This document shows, in pieces, positions 1-10,785 of a stretch of 64,000 nucleotides of DNA. The position numbers and the translations under genes are program-made. The DNA is from Patescibacteria group bacterium. Lineage in GTDB: Bacteria; Patescibacteriota; Patescibacteriia; UBA1558; UBA10009. The notes below the pieces were generated by a model, which did no database searches, was not told the origin of the DNA, and saw only the letters and a program-made list of their open reading frames with translations. Location of the stretch: the NCBI GenBank assembly GCA_041662565.1, contig JBAZSE010000001.1:129084-193083 (forward strand). Reading direction: 5' to 3'. The stretch's first letter is position 1. Every line of letters begins with the position of its first letter.

Positions 1-3000
1 TGCCGCCGAGTTAGCTAAAAGCGGGCCTGTTGCCGAAACCGTTAGTACCGGAGATATTGTAGCCGATTCTATTGGTATTTTTACCAATACCTTGGCTTCC
101 AAATTATTAAAACAATTATTTGATAAGGGCTTAACCAGCGGCAAACGTGCCCAAAGCACCCTAACCTTTAACTGGGTTAACACTCAAGTTGCCCGAACCC
201 AAGCCACTTCGGTTTTTGCCAATTTAGCCGAGGTTAGTTATTCTTCGGGCCAAGAACGGTTGTTGGAGCCGTTAAGCACTTGCCAAAATCCTTATAACCC
301 CGGCCCTACCGAGTGTGTTTTTAGCCCAAAGCTGGTTGGTGCTATTGAACAGGGTTTAACGGTTAAGGAGGCCTTAGCCAAGGGCCAACTTAGAGCAGCA
401 GGTTTGGTTGGCTACAAAAGCAACGGCAATTTAAGTTGGTTGGATGATTACCCCTACCGTTCGTTGTTAATTATGAGAATCCAGCGGATTTTGCCGGTTG
501 GCTGGGAGCAGGCCGCATTGTATAACCAAAAAGTTTTTAAAGAAGTAACGTTGGGTCAAATTGTAGATTGTTTTGAAGATCCTGCTGATCCGGAAAATCC
601 TAAAAAACCAACCGGTTGTAGGCAGGATATAAATGGCGATAGCTTTATAAATGAAGAGGATTTTAATCCCTATTTTCATTTAATTGATCCTAATTGGGTT
701 TTAAAGGCGCCGGAAAGTTATTGCGTTAAAAAGAGTTTTGGGCCAAACATTGTTAGCAGTGCCAGTGAATGTTTGGAAGATAACGTGGCTGAAACCAGAG
801 ATCCTAATAACAATAATGAGCTTGTTGAAGGACCGGCTTGCGAAACAACTTTGAGCAACCCCGATAAGCCGGTGCAAACCGTAGTCAGGGGTGATGAATA
901 CTGTGCTGACCGTAAAACTTGTTTGGAAGATGATGCTTCCGGCAACTGTACTTCCGGCGAATACGGCTACTGTGTTAAAGAAAAAGAGGTATGGCGTTTC
1001 CCCGGCGGAGAAAGTTGTCAGCCCTACTATAATACCTGCGAAACCTTAAGCAGAAATGCGGACAGTAAAAGTTTTTCTTACTTAAGAAATACGCTTAAAG
1101 AATGTTCTGCTGGCGCTGCCGGCTGTTTATGGTATTCCACTAATCAAACCAAGGCCTCGGGCTCTTGGCAATGGCAAGATGAGGCCAGGGTTTATTTAAA
1201 TGAAAAGGCCTTAAATTGCGGAGCCAATGAAGTTGGCTGTACCCAATTAACCGTTCTTAAGCCCGGCGTTAATACTATATTTAACGGCGATTTTGGTTCT
1301 AGCGAAAATAATTTAACCCCCGATGGCTGGCAAGGAACTAATGGTTGCGCTATTGTTTTGGATTCCGAAGGGAAAAATAATAATGGCTTAAAAATTACGG
1401 CTGCTGGCAATTCTTGTTCGGCTTCAACCATCGGTTTTATCCCGCTTAATTCCAGATTTGGTTATACTTTTGTAGTTTCTTTTAAATCCCCTGATCAAGC
1501 AACAGCGGGGGCCAGTTTGAATTTTTATGAACGCGCCGCAGACAATTCTTTAATCAATAACGCCACTCAAGCCATGAATTTGCCGGACGTAACCGGCCAA
1601 TGGCAAACATACAGTGGAGTTGTTAGTAATATTCCCAGCAACGCCAATTTTGTTAAAGTTAATTTAACAGCCACTGGCAATGGCGATTTGTTTTATGATG
1701 AGGCGCAATTGATCATTAGCCAATCGCCGATTGTTAAGGATCAAGAAATTAATTTTAGCGTTGACCCATCAAGATACCAAATTGATTACAGCCATGATGA
1801 TTCGTATGCCAGAACATTTTTAAAAACCCCGCCCGATTATTTGGCCTGCGAGGGCTATAACCAAGTAGAAAGGCGTTTTGCCACTCAAGAGGCCTGTGAA
1901 ACAAATAGAAAAGTTTGGCGCCAAGATATTAAATTATGCGTTAGCAGCGGCAGCACAAACTGTAATAATTACGCGGCAGTTTGCCAAGCTCAAGAAATCG
2001 GCTGCCAAGGTTATAAGCCCTTAAGTGGCGATCCGGAGGTTTCGGCCGTAGCCGGTGAGGGCGATGTTTGCCCGGCGGTCTGTGTTGGTTTTGAAAGTTT
2101 TTTGCAACAACCCAACTATTTTGATGTGGCCGAAAATGCCAATGTTCAAGCCAGCTACCAAAACTTTATTCCCAATACGGCTGCTGTTTGTTCGGCTAAC
2201 AATAACGGCTGTGAACAGTTTACCAATTTGGACGAAGTAGCCAAAGGCGGCGAGGGCATTGAATACTTTAAGCAGTTTAGACAATGTGTTTCTCCTAATA
2301 ACGCTAACATTAAAACCTATTATACTTGGGAGGGTTCCGATACCACGGGTTATCAGTTAAAGAAATGGGAATTTTTAGGTAGCAGTGTTGATGAGGGCCC
2401 TTGTACCAATATTGGCATGAACAGCGAAGAATGTACGGATACGCAGGATAATATGTTTAGATGCACCCAGGCCGATATTGATAATGGTATTTCGGATTGC
2501 CGGCATTTCTTTAATAAAGATAATGAACCATTCTTTGTTTTGGAAAGCAAGGCCATTACCGCTTCGGTTTCGTGCAGGCCATACCGCCGAACCTCAACCG
2601 GCCAGGTTTATAATGCCGATCCTCGGCCGGGTGATACTTGCCCCGCGGCCGCTAACAACTGCCGTGAGTACAGCGGTAATAGAGGCAACAATGTTAAAAC
2701 CATTTTAACCGATACTTTTGAAAAGAAAACTTTGGGCGATTGGGAAAATATTGTTGGTTCTACTTATGGTTTAATTCCTTCCAACGAAGCGATTTATCAA
2801 GGCGGACATTCTATGCTGGTGGCCACGCCAAACGCCGCTGTTTACTATCCATTAAATAATAAATTGGTTTCTGGACATGAATATTTATTAAGCTTTTGGG
2901 CTAAAAAAGCCAATGGTTCCAAGGTATCGCCAAAAAATAATAATCCGCAGGGCCAAACTGTTGATCTTTTAAATTTCTCTTTAACTAATGATAATTTAAC

Positions 3001-6000
3001 CAATGATTGGACATTATATACTGTTGGCCCGATTTTGTTTACCTCAAATGGCGCCAATCTTGCCAAATTAAAATTCTCCATTGAAGGATTAGGTAATGAT
3101 GAAGTTTATTATTTGGATAATGTTGTCTTAAAAGAATTTACCAACAGCTTTTACGTTATTAAGGATTCTTGGGAAACCGAGCAGGTTTGTAATGATCCAT
3201 ACCCGGGCGCTTACCTTGGGTGCCAGGCCTACACCGATAGGCAAGGCCAGAGCAATAACTACTTTAAGGGCTTTGCCAACTTATGTTCTCCGGCCGCCAT
3301 TGGCTGTGAGGCCTTTATAGATACTCAAAACAATAGCAATTACCAAGCCAGCCATTTATACAGAGTAAACGACCAAGATATTGTTACAGTGGCTAACGAT
3401 CGATTGGTTTACTTGGTTAATGATGTTACCAAGCAATGCAGCGCCGAAAAACAGGGCTGTTCGCTATTAGGTAAACCAACGTTGGATAGGCAAGAAAGTG
3501 AAGCAGGAACAGTTGTTGGTTATAATGATATTTACAAAATTAATAATCCCGATTCATATAGTGCGCATCTTTGCAGTGAGAGCGGATTATTCTGTACAAC
3601 CTTTAAAGGTGAAACCGGCGCTAGCAACCGGTACTATTATGATCCCGAGGCCTTAAGTGGCAATGGCGCCAATATGGTGCAAAGTTGTTACTACGCCAAT
3701 GGCCATTGGTATAAGAGCGGCAGTACCGGAGGCAATGCCGAGCCCTGCCCTGGTTCTTATAACTTCCATATGCTGGCTTCAAACCAAGAGGGCTATAGCA
3801 ACTGGGTCGGGGTTTGCCCGGCCAATCAATCAACTTGTACCGAATTTAGGGATCCCAGCGCATCAATCAACGAAGAAGTTAAACAGTGTGACGCGCAAAT
3901 TTCACCTACCATGTTGGGCACTTGTGTTGTTGGCCAAAATGGAGCGGAAGAACAAAACAATGATGACTATTGCAGTTTGAGCATTAATGGAGTGCGCCAT
4001 AAAGTTTGTAAATTAAATGGTGCTGATCGATGCGCCTACACGGCCAGCGATTGGACGTGTTTGAGCGAGCCAGCCCAGTATAATGATCAGGGTCAGCTTG
4101 AAGCTGGTACTGGCAATTGCCAGGTTAACAACCAAAAAGTTTGTTTTATTCCTTCGGGCAATACCACATCCTGTACCTATTCATTATTATGCAGTTCGGA
4201 TTCTTATTATTATCTGCATAATTCTTTGGATACCACGGCCACCTGCAATACAGTGGATAGGGAAGCGGGTTGTTTACTATTTAACGATACCTTAAACGGC
4301 AATTTAAGTTATAGCAATAAGGGCTCTAATGATGGCGCCGAAGCGAGCGGTTGCGATGCTTGGGAAAATTTTGGTTCAAACAGATATTGCGATGCCAATA
4401 AAATTATTAAAGTTAAAAAAGATAGGCAGTGCGGCGAGTGGCTGGAATGCAAAACCGGTTTTGAACAGCCCAAAGTGGGCAAGAGCGGAGAAAAAGAATT
4501 TGTTTGTTTGGATTTATACCGCTGTTCGCAAAAAGGAACCGGTGATAGGGATTGCGTTAAAATTATTTCCCAAGCAGGCGCTGATACATCTATATATACC
4601 TTACCGGCCGATATTGATAAAATCCGCAACTTATCCGGCTATAGCCATCCGGGCTTAAAATGGAACGATAACATTCAAACAGTTGGCTATGCTTCACCCG
4701 AGGCCATGACCCAAAAAGGCCAGCCCTTGGAAGTGGTTAATGGCGGTTTTGAAACCTACCTTGGCGGTGATCTTTCTAAGCCGGAAGGTTGGAAAACATC
4801 TCATAGGAATGAGGATGAAATTAATTCCAGCTATATTAGTAATGCCTGTTCGGCAAGTTTGGATCAAGATTCTGGCAATGTCCATTCGGGACGATATAGT
4901 TTGCGCTTAAGTTTAATCAGTTTACAGCATCCTGACGGCAATGACGGCAATGTTTATTGCGATTTTAGATCCGATGCCGGTGAAGATAAGTATTATCAGA
5001 TAATAGACAGTAGCAATTATAATTTGTCTTTTTGGGCAAAGAGTGAAAATAATGCCCAAGCAGCGGCTGTAACTTTGGCGTTTTACAATAATAGCAGGTA
5101 TCTTGGAGGTGATGATTTGCGTTTGGATATTATGCCTTCTACCAAATGGCAAAAGTATGTTATCAGTTACGGTAATCTTACTCGTCCGATTCCCAATAGC
5201 GCTAATCAGGCCAGGATCTTCTTTTACAATTATGCCGGCCCGAATTTTAGTGGTGTTTCTAACGGCTCAATTTGGTTTGATGATTTTGCCATAGAACCGG
5301 TGTTGGTTTTGGATGAACGCAATAACATTTCCGTTGCCAAAGATTGCCGCTTGTATCCAACCGAAGAAGCCCCCGCTTGTTCGTATCAAGGTTTATCCAG
5401 CAAATACGAGGGCTGGCAAGGTTATTGCTTAGAGCCGGATCCGGCCAATGCCGAACAATGTTTGCAATGGTATCCTGTTGATTCTTTAATGGGTGATCGC
5501 TTAAGCGTTTTTAGCACCCAAAGCACCATTAGTTACACCGATAGGTCGCCTTTATATTATTGCGCCCAAACAGCGGGGATGTATAATTTTGCTCCTGATT
5601 TACAGGGGAATTATTTAGGTACCGTGGGTTATAAATATCAGCCAATAGTAAATATACAACAAGGCGGTCCTCATGACCAATGTAATGATAATCATGCACT
5701 AGATGGCGGTATGGGGAGTAATTTGAGAATTTGTGTAGATAATGATGCTGATCCAGCTAATAGTAATTTTCCTGTATGGTCGAATTCATGTGGTAGTAAA
5801 GATTCCTCTTTTTGTAACGTAAATCAGCAAGTTTGTGAAGATCAAAATCATATTAATTATTGTAAAGTGAAGGAATCGCAAGGTTGTAAAGATGTTTGTC
5901 CCACGTTAACTCAGGAGGCATGTAGTGCGCATAGGGGATGTGTTTGGAATTATAGTTGTATACGAGTGGAAGACGCAAATCATCATGCATGTATTAATGC

Positions 6001-7657
6001 GCAAAATCAAAACACCTGCGATTATAATTGGCAATACGATGGTTGTGGTTGGGATCAGCCATGTGAATCAAAAACAACAAACGCGATTTGTAGTTCTTTG
6101 AGTCCTAGTCAATGTTTGGCTCCTTGTGTATTTACTAAAACTATAGATAATGGCAACAGCTCTTATTTGTATACTATTCATGATTGGTTAACTTTGGACG
6201 AAATAGGTGCCATTAAATTAGAAATAACTGGAAATTCGGGTAGTGATTTTGGCACAGGCGTTTATTTTAGCGATGTTACGGATCAATTAGATTCAGTGAC
6301 CGCATGGGGCGGTTTTAAGCCGGAAGACCTAAGTAAATATAAAAAAGTTTTTAATGCTTATGATAATTCAACGGGTCAAGGTGGCTATTCAATATTTTTC
6401 TCTTTTGATGAGGACCCTGGAACAAATAATTTGCGTTTACAAAGAGTAGATGTTACGGCGGGTGATTCAGACCAATTCGGAGGTTTTAGTGGCAAATTAT
6501 ATTTTTATTTAAAAGAACAATGCTCCTTAATCGCCCAAGTAGTTAAAACTGAAGGCAATGTGGTAAAAGAAAAAACCTGGCTCGGGCGTTTTAGCGCTTG
6601 GACGGATATGGCCAGCAACGTTTTGGGCTTAAATAAAAAAATCGATCAATCTCCTTACGGCAGTTTTTACGCGCCCAAAAACACCACGCCCGATTATTGG
6701 AGCGAGTTAGGGGCAAATGGTCGTAAAGATGCTCCGGTGTATATTTATAATGGTGGAAGCTTTGATTTTGGCCCTGGCACCCCGCTGGCTTGGTCGGTGC
6801 CCGAAAGATCGGCTTTTATAGCCGGAACGCCTGGTAGAATCTGTGCCTCTTCGGAAAATAAAAGCTTAATTGGCAAAGAATGTAGAACCTCCAGTGATTG
6901 CGGAACCAATGGCGTTTGTAGCGGTATTGGCAAGTATTGCTATAGTGCTCAAGGTATTACCAATGGCAAGGCCTGTAATGGTGATAATGATTGTTCCGTA
7001 ACACAAGGATTTAGATGTGAGAATCCGGAAAATTTGGTCGCTGCGCCGACGCAGAATATGAGCTCGGAAGCTGTAGCTATAAGCCGACTGCAACAATTAT
7101 TTGCCAAGGTTTATGGCGTGTGGCAATGGGATCAAAATGAAGGAATCTATAAAACGTTGGAGATGGATAATTTGGATATTAGCCCCAATAAGCCTGGCGG
7201 CTGGGCTGGTTCTGATTGGCCAAAAGTTGATTCAGCTATTATTACCGATAATATTCTTAATGCCCCGGGCGGCAAAGTAGAACTTAATTTTACCGCCAAT
7301 GGCAGTGTTGATCAGTTGCCTATTGATGGCATTTGGATAAACTGGAATGATGGCAATGTAGATTACTTTAAAGGGCCTTTGGGATATAAGCCCAGCGTTA
7401 GTTCGCCTTATAAGGCCTACCATGTTTATACTTGCCAAACCAATGATCGGGGCGATAGGTGTGTTGCTTGTCTTGGTGCAGGTACTTTAGATGACGGTAG
7501 TTGTTCTTACCCGGCACCAGTGATAACTTTCAAAGATCATTGGGGTTGGTGTTCTTATAATAGTTTTCGAGGCCAGGCCTATGTTGATCAAGGGGTCTGT
7601 AATTCGTTGTTCGGCAAGCAAGCGGATAAAAGCGTTACTATTCAACGTATTCAATAA
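1..7657 (+). CDS. Giant cysteine-rich secreted/surface protein, 5'-partial (more than 2521 aa). Carries several CBM4/9-like (galactose-binding-like) modules and recurring Cys-rich 'hydrophobic-G-C' repeats
   Basis: The frame is open from nt 2 with no stop, so the gene starts upstream of the window (first Met at 92). 'NGDFE/NGGFE ... GW' motifs recur around nt ~1270-1560, ~2700-3130 and ~4740-5300, which is typical of CBM_4_9. Cys content is very high and there is no long hydrophobic core. Confidence 0.7.
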   Translation, partial: AAELAKSGPVAETVSTGDIVADSIGIFTNTLASKLLKQLFDKGLTSGKRAQSTLTFNWVNTQVARTQATSVFANLAEVSYSSGQERLLEPLSTCQNPYNPGPTECVFSPKLVGAIEQGLTVKEALAKGQLRAAGLVGYKSNGNLSWLDDYPYRSLLIMRIQRILPVGWEQAALYNQKVFKEVTLGQIVDCFEDPADPENPKKPTGCRQDINGDSFINEEDFNPYFHLIDPNWVLKAPESYCVKKSFGPNIVSSASECLEDNVAETRDPNNNNELVEGPACETTLSNPDKPVQTVVRGDEYCADRKTCLEDDASGNCTSGEYGYCVKEKEVWRFPGGESCQPYYNTCETLSRNADSKSFSYLRNTLKECSAGAAGCLWYSTNQTKASGSWQWQDEARVYLNEKALNCGANEVGCTQLTVLKPGVNTIFNGDFGSSENNLTPDGWQGTNGCAIVLDSEGKNNNGLKITAAGNSCSASTIGFIPLNSRFGYTFVVSFKSPDQATAGASLNFYERAADNSLINNATQAMNLPDVTGQWQTYSGVVSNIPSNANFVKVNLTATGNGDLFYDEAQLIISQSPIVKDQEINFSVDPSRYQIDYSHDDSYARTFLKTPPDYLACEGYNQVERRFATQEACETNRKVWRQDIKLCVSSGSTNCNNYAAVCQAQEIGCQGYKPLSGDPEVSAVAGEGDVCPAVCVGFESFLQQPNYFDVAENANVQASYQNFIPNTAAVCSANNNGCEQFTNLDEVAKGGEGIEYFKQFRQCVSPNNANIKTYYTWEGSDTTGYQLKKWEFLGSSVDEGPCTNIGMNSEECTDTQDNMFRCTQADIDNGISDCRHFFNKDNEPFFVLESKAITASVSCRPYRRTSTGQVYNADPRPGDTCPAAANNCREYSGNRGNNVKTILTDTFEKKTLGDWENIVGSTYGLIPSNEAIYQGGHSMLVATPNAAVYYPLNNKLVSGHEYLLSFWAKKANGSKVSPKNNNPQGQTVDLLNFSLTNDNLTNDWTLYTVGPILFTSNGANLAKLKFSIEGLGNDEVYYLDNVVLKEFTNSFYVIKDSWETEQVCNDPYPGAYLGCQAYTDRQGQSNNYFKGFANLCSPAAIGCEAFIDTQNNSNYQASHLYRVNDQDIVTVANDRLVYLVNDVTKQCSAEKQGCSLLGKPTLDRQESEAGTVVGYNDIYKINNPDSYSAHLCSESGLFCTTFKGETGASNRYYYDPEALSGNGANMVQSCYYANGHWYKSGSTGGNAEPCPGSYNFHMLASNQEGYSNWVGVCPANQSTCTEFRDPSASINEEVKQCDAQISPTMLGTCVVGQNGAEEQNNDDYCSLSINGVRHKVCKLNGADRCAYTASDWTCLSEPAQYNDQGQLEAGTGNCQVNNQKVCFIPSGNTTSCTYSLLCSSDSYYYLHNSLDTTATCNTVDREAGCLLFNDTLNGNLSYSNKGSNDGAEASGCDAWENFGSNRYCDANKIIKVKKDRQCGEWLECKTGFEQPKVGKSGEKEFVCLDLYRCSQKGTGDRDCVKIISQAGADTSIYTLPADIDKIRNLSGYSHPGLKWNDNIQTVGYASPEAMTQKGQPLEVVNGGFETYLGGDLSKPEGWKTSHRNEDEINSSYISNACSASLDQDSGNVHSGRYSLRLSLISLQHPDGNDGNVYCDFRSDAGEDKYYQIIDSSNYNLSFWAKSENNAQAAAVTLAFYNNSRYLGGDDLRLDIMPSTKWQKYVISYGNLTRPIPNSANQARIFFYNYAGPNFSGVSNGSIWFDDFAIEPVLVLDERNNISVAKDCRLYPTEEAPACSYQGLSSKYEGWQGYCLEPDPANAEQCLQWYPVDSLMGDRLSVFSTQSTISYTDRSPLYYCAQTAGMYNFAPDLQGNYLGTVGYKYQPIVNIQQGGPHDQCNDNHALDGGMGSNLRICVDNDADPANSNFPVWSNSCGSKDSSFCNVNQQVCEDQNHINYCKVKESQGCKDVCPTLTQEACSAHRGCVWNYSCIRVEDANHHACINAQNQNTCDYNWQYDGCGWDQPCESKTTNAICSSLSPSQCLAPCVFTKTIDNGNSSYLYTIHDWLTLDEIGAIKLEITGNSGSDFGTGVYFSDVTDQLDSVTAWGGFKPEDLSKYKKVFNAYDNSTGQGGYSIFFSFDEDPGTNNLRLQRVDVTAGDSDQFGGFSGKLYFYLKEQCSLIAQVVKTEGNVVKEKTWLGRFSAWTDMASNVLGLNKKIDQSPYGSFYAPKNTTPDYWSELGANGRKDAPVYIYNGGSFDFGPGTPLAWSVPERSAFIAGTPGRICASSENKSLIGKECRTSSDCGTNGVCSGIGKYCYSAQGITNGKACNGDNDCSVTQGFRCENPENLVAAPTQNMSSEAVAISRLQQLFAKVYGVWQWDQNEGIYKTLEMDNLDISPNKPGGWAGSDWPKVDSAIITDNILNAPGGKVELNFTANGSVDQLPIDGIWINWNDGNVDYFKGPLGYKPSVSSPYKAYHVYTCQTNDRGDRCVACLGAGTLDDGSCSYPAPVITFKDHWGWCSYNSFRGQAYVDQGVCNSLFGKQADKSVTIQRIQ

Positions 7658-7659
7658 AA

Positions 7660-10600
7660 ATGCCTAATCGTTTTTACAACTTAATTAAAAAAAGTAAAAA
7701 ATGGCCATATATTACGGGCGTGGCGCTATTTTTGCTGATCATTTTGTTATTACCCAATTCAGCAGGCGCGGAAAGTAATGTTATCATGGGTACCTTAATT
7801 TCGTGGGTTGGTTCGGCCATGCTGTTGTTGATTAATTTTTTGGGCACTTGGTTATTGTTGCCATTAATCAATTTGGTTATTTGGATATTCAGTTATAACA
7901 GCTTTTTAACTTCCAATGCCGTGGTGGTTGGCTGGCCCTTGGTTAGGGATTTATCCAATATGTTTTTTGTGGTGATTTTACTATTTATCGCATTTGCCAC
8001 CATTTTAAACATTTCCAATTACAGCTACAAAAATACTTTTTTTAAACTGATCTTAATGGCCATTTTGGTTAATTTTTCCAAAACCATCATGGGCTTTTTT
8101 ATCGATTTTTCGCAAGTGATAATGCTCACATTTGTGAGTGCTTTTAGGGATGCGGCTGCTGTTAATTTGATCCACGCTTTTGGCATTAGGGATATTTTAA
8201 AACTAAACGTTAATGGCGGGGATTTTAGCAATACTCACGCTATTGGCGTGGTAATTTTGGCGGTTATTTTACTAGTGGTAGCCATTGGCTTAATGTTGGC
8301 TTTTGCCGTTATCCTGTTGTGGCGCATTTTAACTTTATGGGTTTTAATTATTTTATCGCCCTTGGCCTTTTTACTTTCTTCCATTCCGGCTGGGCAAAAA
8401 TACGCTTCCGAAATCTGGAGCAAGTTTACCGAACAGCTCGTAACTGGTATTGCTTTGGCATTTTTTACCTGGCTGTTTTTTACCGTTTTAGCCGCCGGAT
8501 ACAGCACGGATCAGCAAAAAATTGATAATAACAGCGTTTTAACCGGCAGTAATCCGGGTGCTGGCCTTACTTCTGACAAAACAGCTTCAATTGCCGGTAC
8601 TGCTCCGATTTCCAATGATGTTGATTGGGAACGCCTGTATACTTTTATCGTAGCTATTGCGTTGTTGTTTTTGGCTTTAGAATACGCCCAAAAAGCCGGT
8701 GGGCATGCGGGCAGTATGGCGGGGAAGATTTCTGGGCACATGTCAAAGATTGGAGCAAAGACGGCTGGCGGTTTTGGTTTGGTTGGGTTAGGAGCGAGAT
8801 CTTTGCCGAAAAAATTTGATCAAGGATTAGTAAGATTTCAAAAAAGCGGAGTTTTGAAAAGATTTGGAATGAAAGGGTTGGGCACCAAGCTTCAAGAAAG
8901 ACCTATTTCTTTAAGACCAACTGTTATTAAAGAAGCGATTGCTAGATATACCAAAGAAAGGGAAAGCCAATATTACACAGGTGTTGCCGAAGGCATGACC
9001 GATAATTTGCTCAAACAATTTGCCGGCAGAAAATCTGATTACGCCGGCATAGCTTATGATTCCAGAGTTAAAGAAAAGGCCCATGAAATAGGTTTGGGAG
9101 GTGAAACTCAGGAGCAGATGAGGGCTTATTTAAAAGAAGATCATTTAGAAAAATATGAAGGAACAGATCAGGACGGCAATAGGGTAACAAAGTATAAGGT
9201 TAAACAAGGTCATGAGGTTGAGGCAGAAGCCATCTTAGAAATTATGACCAAAAATCATGATCTTAATGAAATTTTTAAGGATCAAGATATAGGAGCTGCT
9301 TACAACAATGAATATTCAGCCATTAATGTTAGAGATTTGATTATGGATTTATTTCATGATCAAGGGCATGAGTTTGCCGGCAGGGTAGCAAAAGATGTTG
9401 GTATAGTTGGTTTTGAAAATAAAGATGCTCATTTGTATGGCATGGGTTCAAAAAATGTTAAAACTGGAGAATTTGAAGTTTTTCAGGAAACAACTAGAAA
9501 TGAAGAGGGTGATGAGAGTATTGTAAAAAAAGTTTTTGGCATTAATAAAAAAGAGAATCCGGAGGAATTTAGGAAGAAAATGGATTATGTAAAAGATTTG
9601 CGGCAGCGAGGTGCTCAAGGTGATAAATCGGCTGAAAAGGAATACAGAGGTTTGGTTAGGGATGAATGGAGTGTTTCTCAGGGTGCATTGGCTACCGCTT
9701 TTATGCTTAAAAAAGGTGGCCGCGCCGGATTGGGCAAAATTACTGCTCAGAATATCGTTGATGAAGGAGTTGTTCATGATGAACAGGGTAATGTTCAGGT
9801 TGGCGAAGACGGTGAAACCAGCCGTAGTTTCTTAACTTATAATTTGAATGAAACCGGCAGAGGAATAATTGAAAAAATGGCCGGTGTTATGACTAAAGAA
9901 TTTTCTCATATTATTGATGAAACCAAAATCTATGGTATAAACCCTGCTCTTGATACAATTTTAAAATTTGCCGAAGCCCAAACTTTAGCTTCTGAAAGAG
10001 CTAAGATTATGGATTTTGTGGCCAAAGTCGCTGGTATGGGAGAAAAGGTGCCTAGTGACATTAACGGTGTTAAAATTGATTCATCTCTAATTAAAAAACA
10101 AAGTAATGATTATCTTCAAGATGAGGGCTATAAAAAATTTAAGGAGCAGATTGTTAGGGTTTCCCAGGAATCAAGGTTAATTTCTCAGGGTGATGCGCGG
10201 CATGCAAGAATTGATGAACAAGACGGCAAATGGAAAAGAGATAGGTATTCAGTATTTGCAGAATATGAAAATGAAGATTTAACGCATAAGGCAAATGGTT
10301 CTAATCAGGAGCAATCGAGTTCCAATGCACCATCTACAAATCAGCCAACTATTCAGGCCGCCGTCTTTCAGCCACAATTAGCGAGATTAGATCAGATTAA
10401 TCAAAGATTAGCCACAATAGCTGATAAAATCGGTCAGCCGCCAATTGACGCAGAACGAGCAATTTTGCTTAATGAAAAGAACGGTTTAGAAAAACAAACT
10501 TCTATTTCCGTAACTTCAAATTTGATTAATAATATTATCAGCGGTAATCCTTCCACTTACGGGCCCAATTGGATGAAAGATCGGGCGACCAGGGATTTAT

Positions 10601-10782
10601 TTATCAGGACTTTAGACGAACATTTGCAGCCGATTAAAGATGAGGATGTAAGATTGCATGAAATTACCATGCGCCATCTCCAGGAGAGTTTTAGCACGCT
10701 TGATGACAGGTTTAAGAATTTGATTAATAATGAGGATGCTATGGTTAAATTTATCACTGAGCATAAAAGTGAAAAAAAATAA
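7660..10782 (+). CDS. VirB6/TrbL-like polytopic membrane protein. Signal peptide plus at least 6 TM helices, then a ~700-aa highly charged hydrophilic tail
   Basis: N-terminal signal 'LLLPNSAGA|E' followed by many hydrophobic helices over aa 40-350. The ATG is 2 nt after the upstream stop. It sits in a T4SS context. The VirB6 assignment rests on topology and context, not on a recognised motif. Confidence 0.45.
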   Translation: MPNRFYNLIKKSKKWPYITGVALFLLIILLLPNSAGAESNVIMGTLISWVGSAMLLLINFLGTWLLLPLINLVIWIFSYNSFLTSNAVVVGWPLVRDLSNMFFVVILLFIAFATILNISNYSYKNTFFKLILMAILVNFSKTIMGFFIDFSQVIMLTFVSAFRDAAAVNLIHAFGIRDILKLNVNGGDFSNTHAIGVVILAVILLVVAIGLMLAFAVILLWRILTLWVLIILSPLAFLLSSIPAGQKYASEIWSKFTEQLVTGIALAFFTWLFFTVLAAGYSTDQQKIDNNSVLTGSNPGAGLTSDKTASIAGTAPISNDVDWERLYTFIVAIALLFLALEYAQKAGGHAGSMAGKISGHMSKIGAKTAGGFGLVGLGARSLPKKFDQGLVRFQKSGVLKRFGMKGLGTKLQERPISLRPTVIKEAIARYTKERESQYYTGVAEGMTDNLLKQFAGRKSDYAGIAYDSRVKEKAHEIGLGGETQEQMRAYLKEDHLEKYEGTDQDGNRVTKYKVKQGHEVEAEAILEIMTKNHDLNEIFKDQDIGAAYNNEYSAINVRDLIMDLFHDQGHEFAGRVAKDVGIVGFENKDAHLYGMGSKNVKTGEFEVFQETTRNEEGDESIVKKVFGINKKENPEEFRKKMDYVKDLRQRGAQGDKSAEKEYRGLVRDEWSVSQGALATAFMLKKGGRAGLGKITAQNIVDEGVVHDEQGNVQVGEDGETSRSFLTYNLNETGRGIIEKMAGVMTKEFSHIIDETKIYGINPALDTILKFAEAQTLASERAKIMDFVAKVAGMGEKVPSDINGVKIDSSLIKKQSNDYLQDEGYKKFKEQIVRVSQESRLISQGDARHARIDEQDGKWKRDRYSVFAEYENEDLTHKANGSNQEQSSSNAPSTNQPTIQAAVFQPQLARLDQINQRLATIADKIGQPPIDAERAILLNEKNGLEKQTSISVTSNLINNIISGNPSTYGPNWMKDRATRDLFIRTLDEHLQPIKDEDVRLHEITMRHLQESFSTLDDRFKNLINNEDAMVKFITEHKSEKK

Positions 10783-10785
10783 ATT

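Noticed and set aside
467-7438. Numerous 60-110-aa ORFs antisense to or overlapping the giant genes (e.g. 467-679, 3657-3980, 4309-4629, 55635-56036, 62379-62999)
   Set aside because: They lie entirely inside long, well-supported CDSs in other frames or strands. They have low-complexity composition and no motifs, and are typical noise from long ORFs
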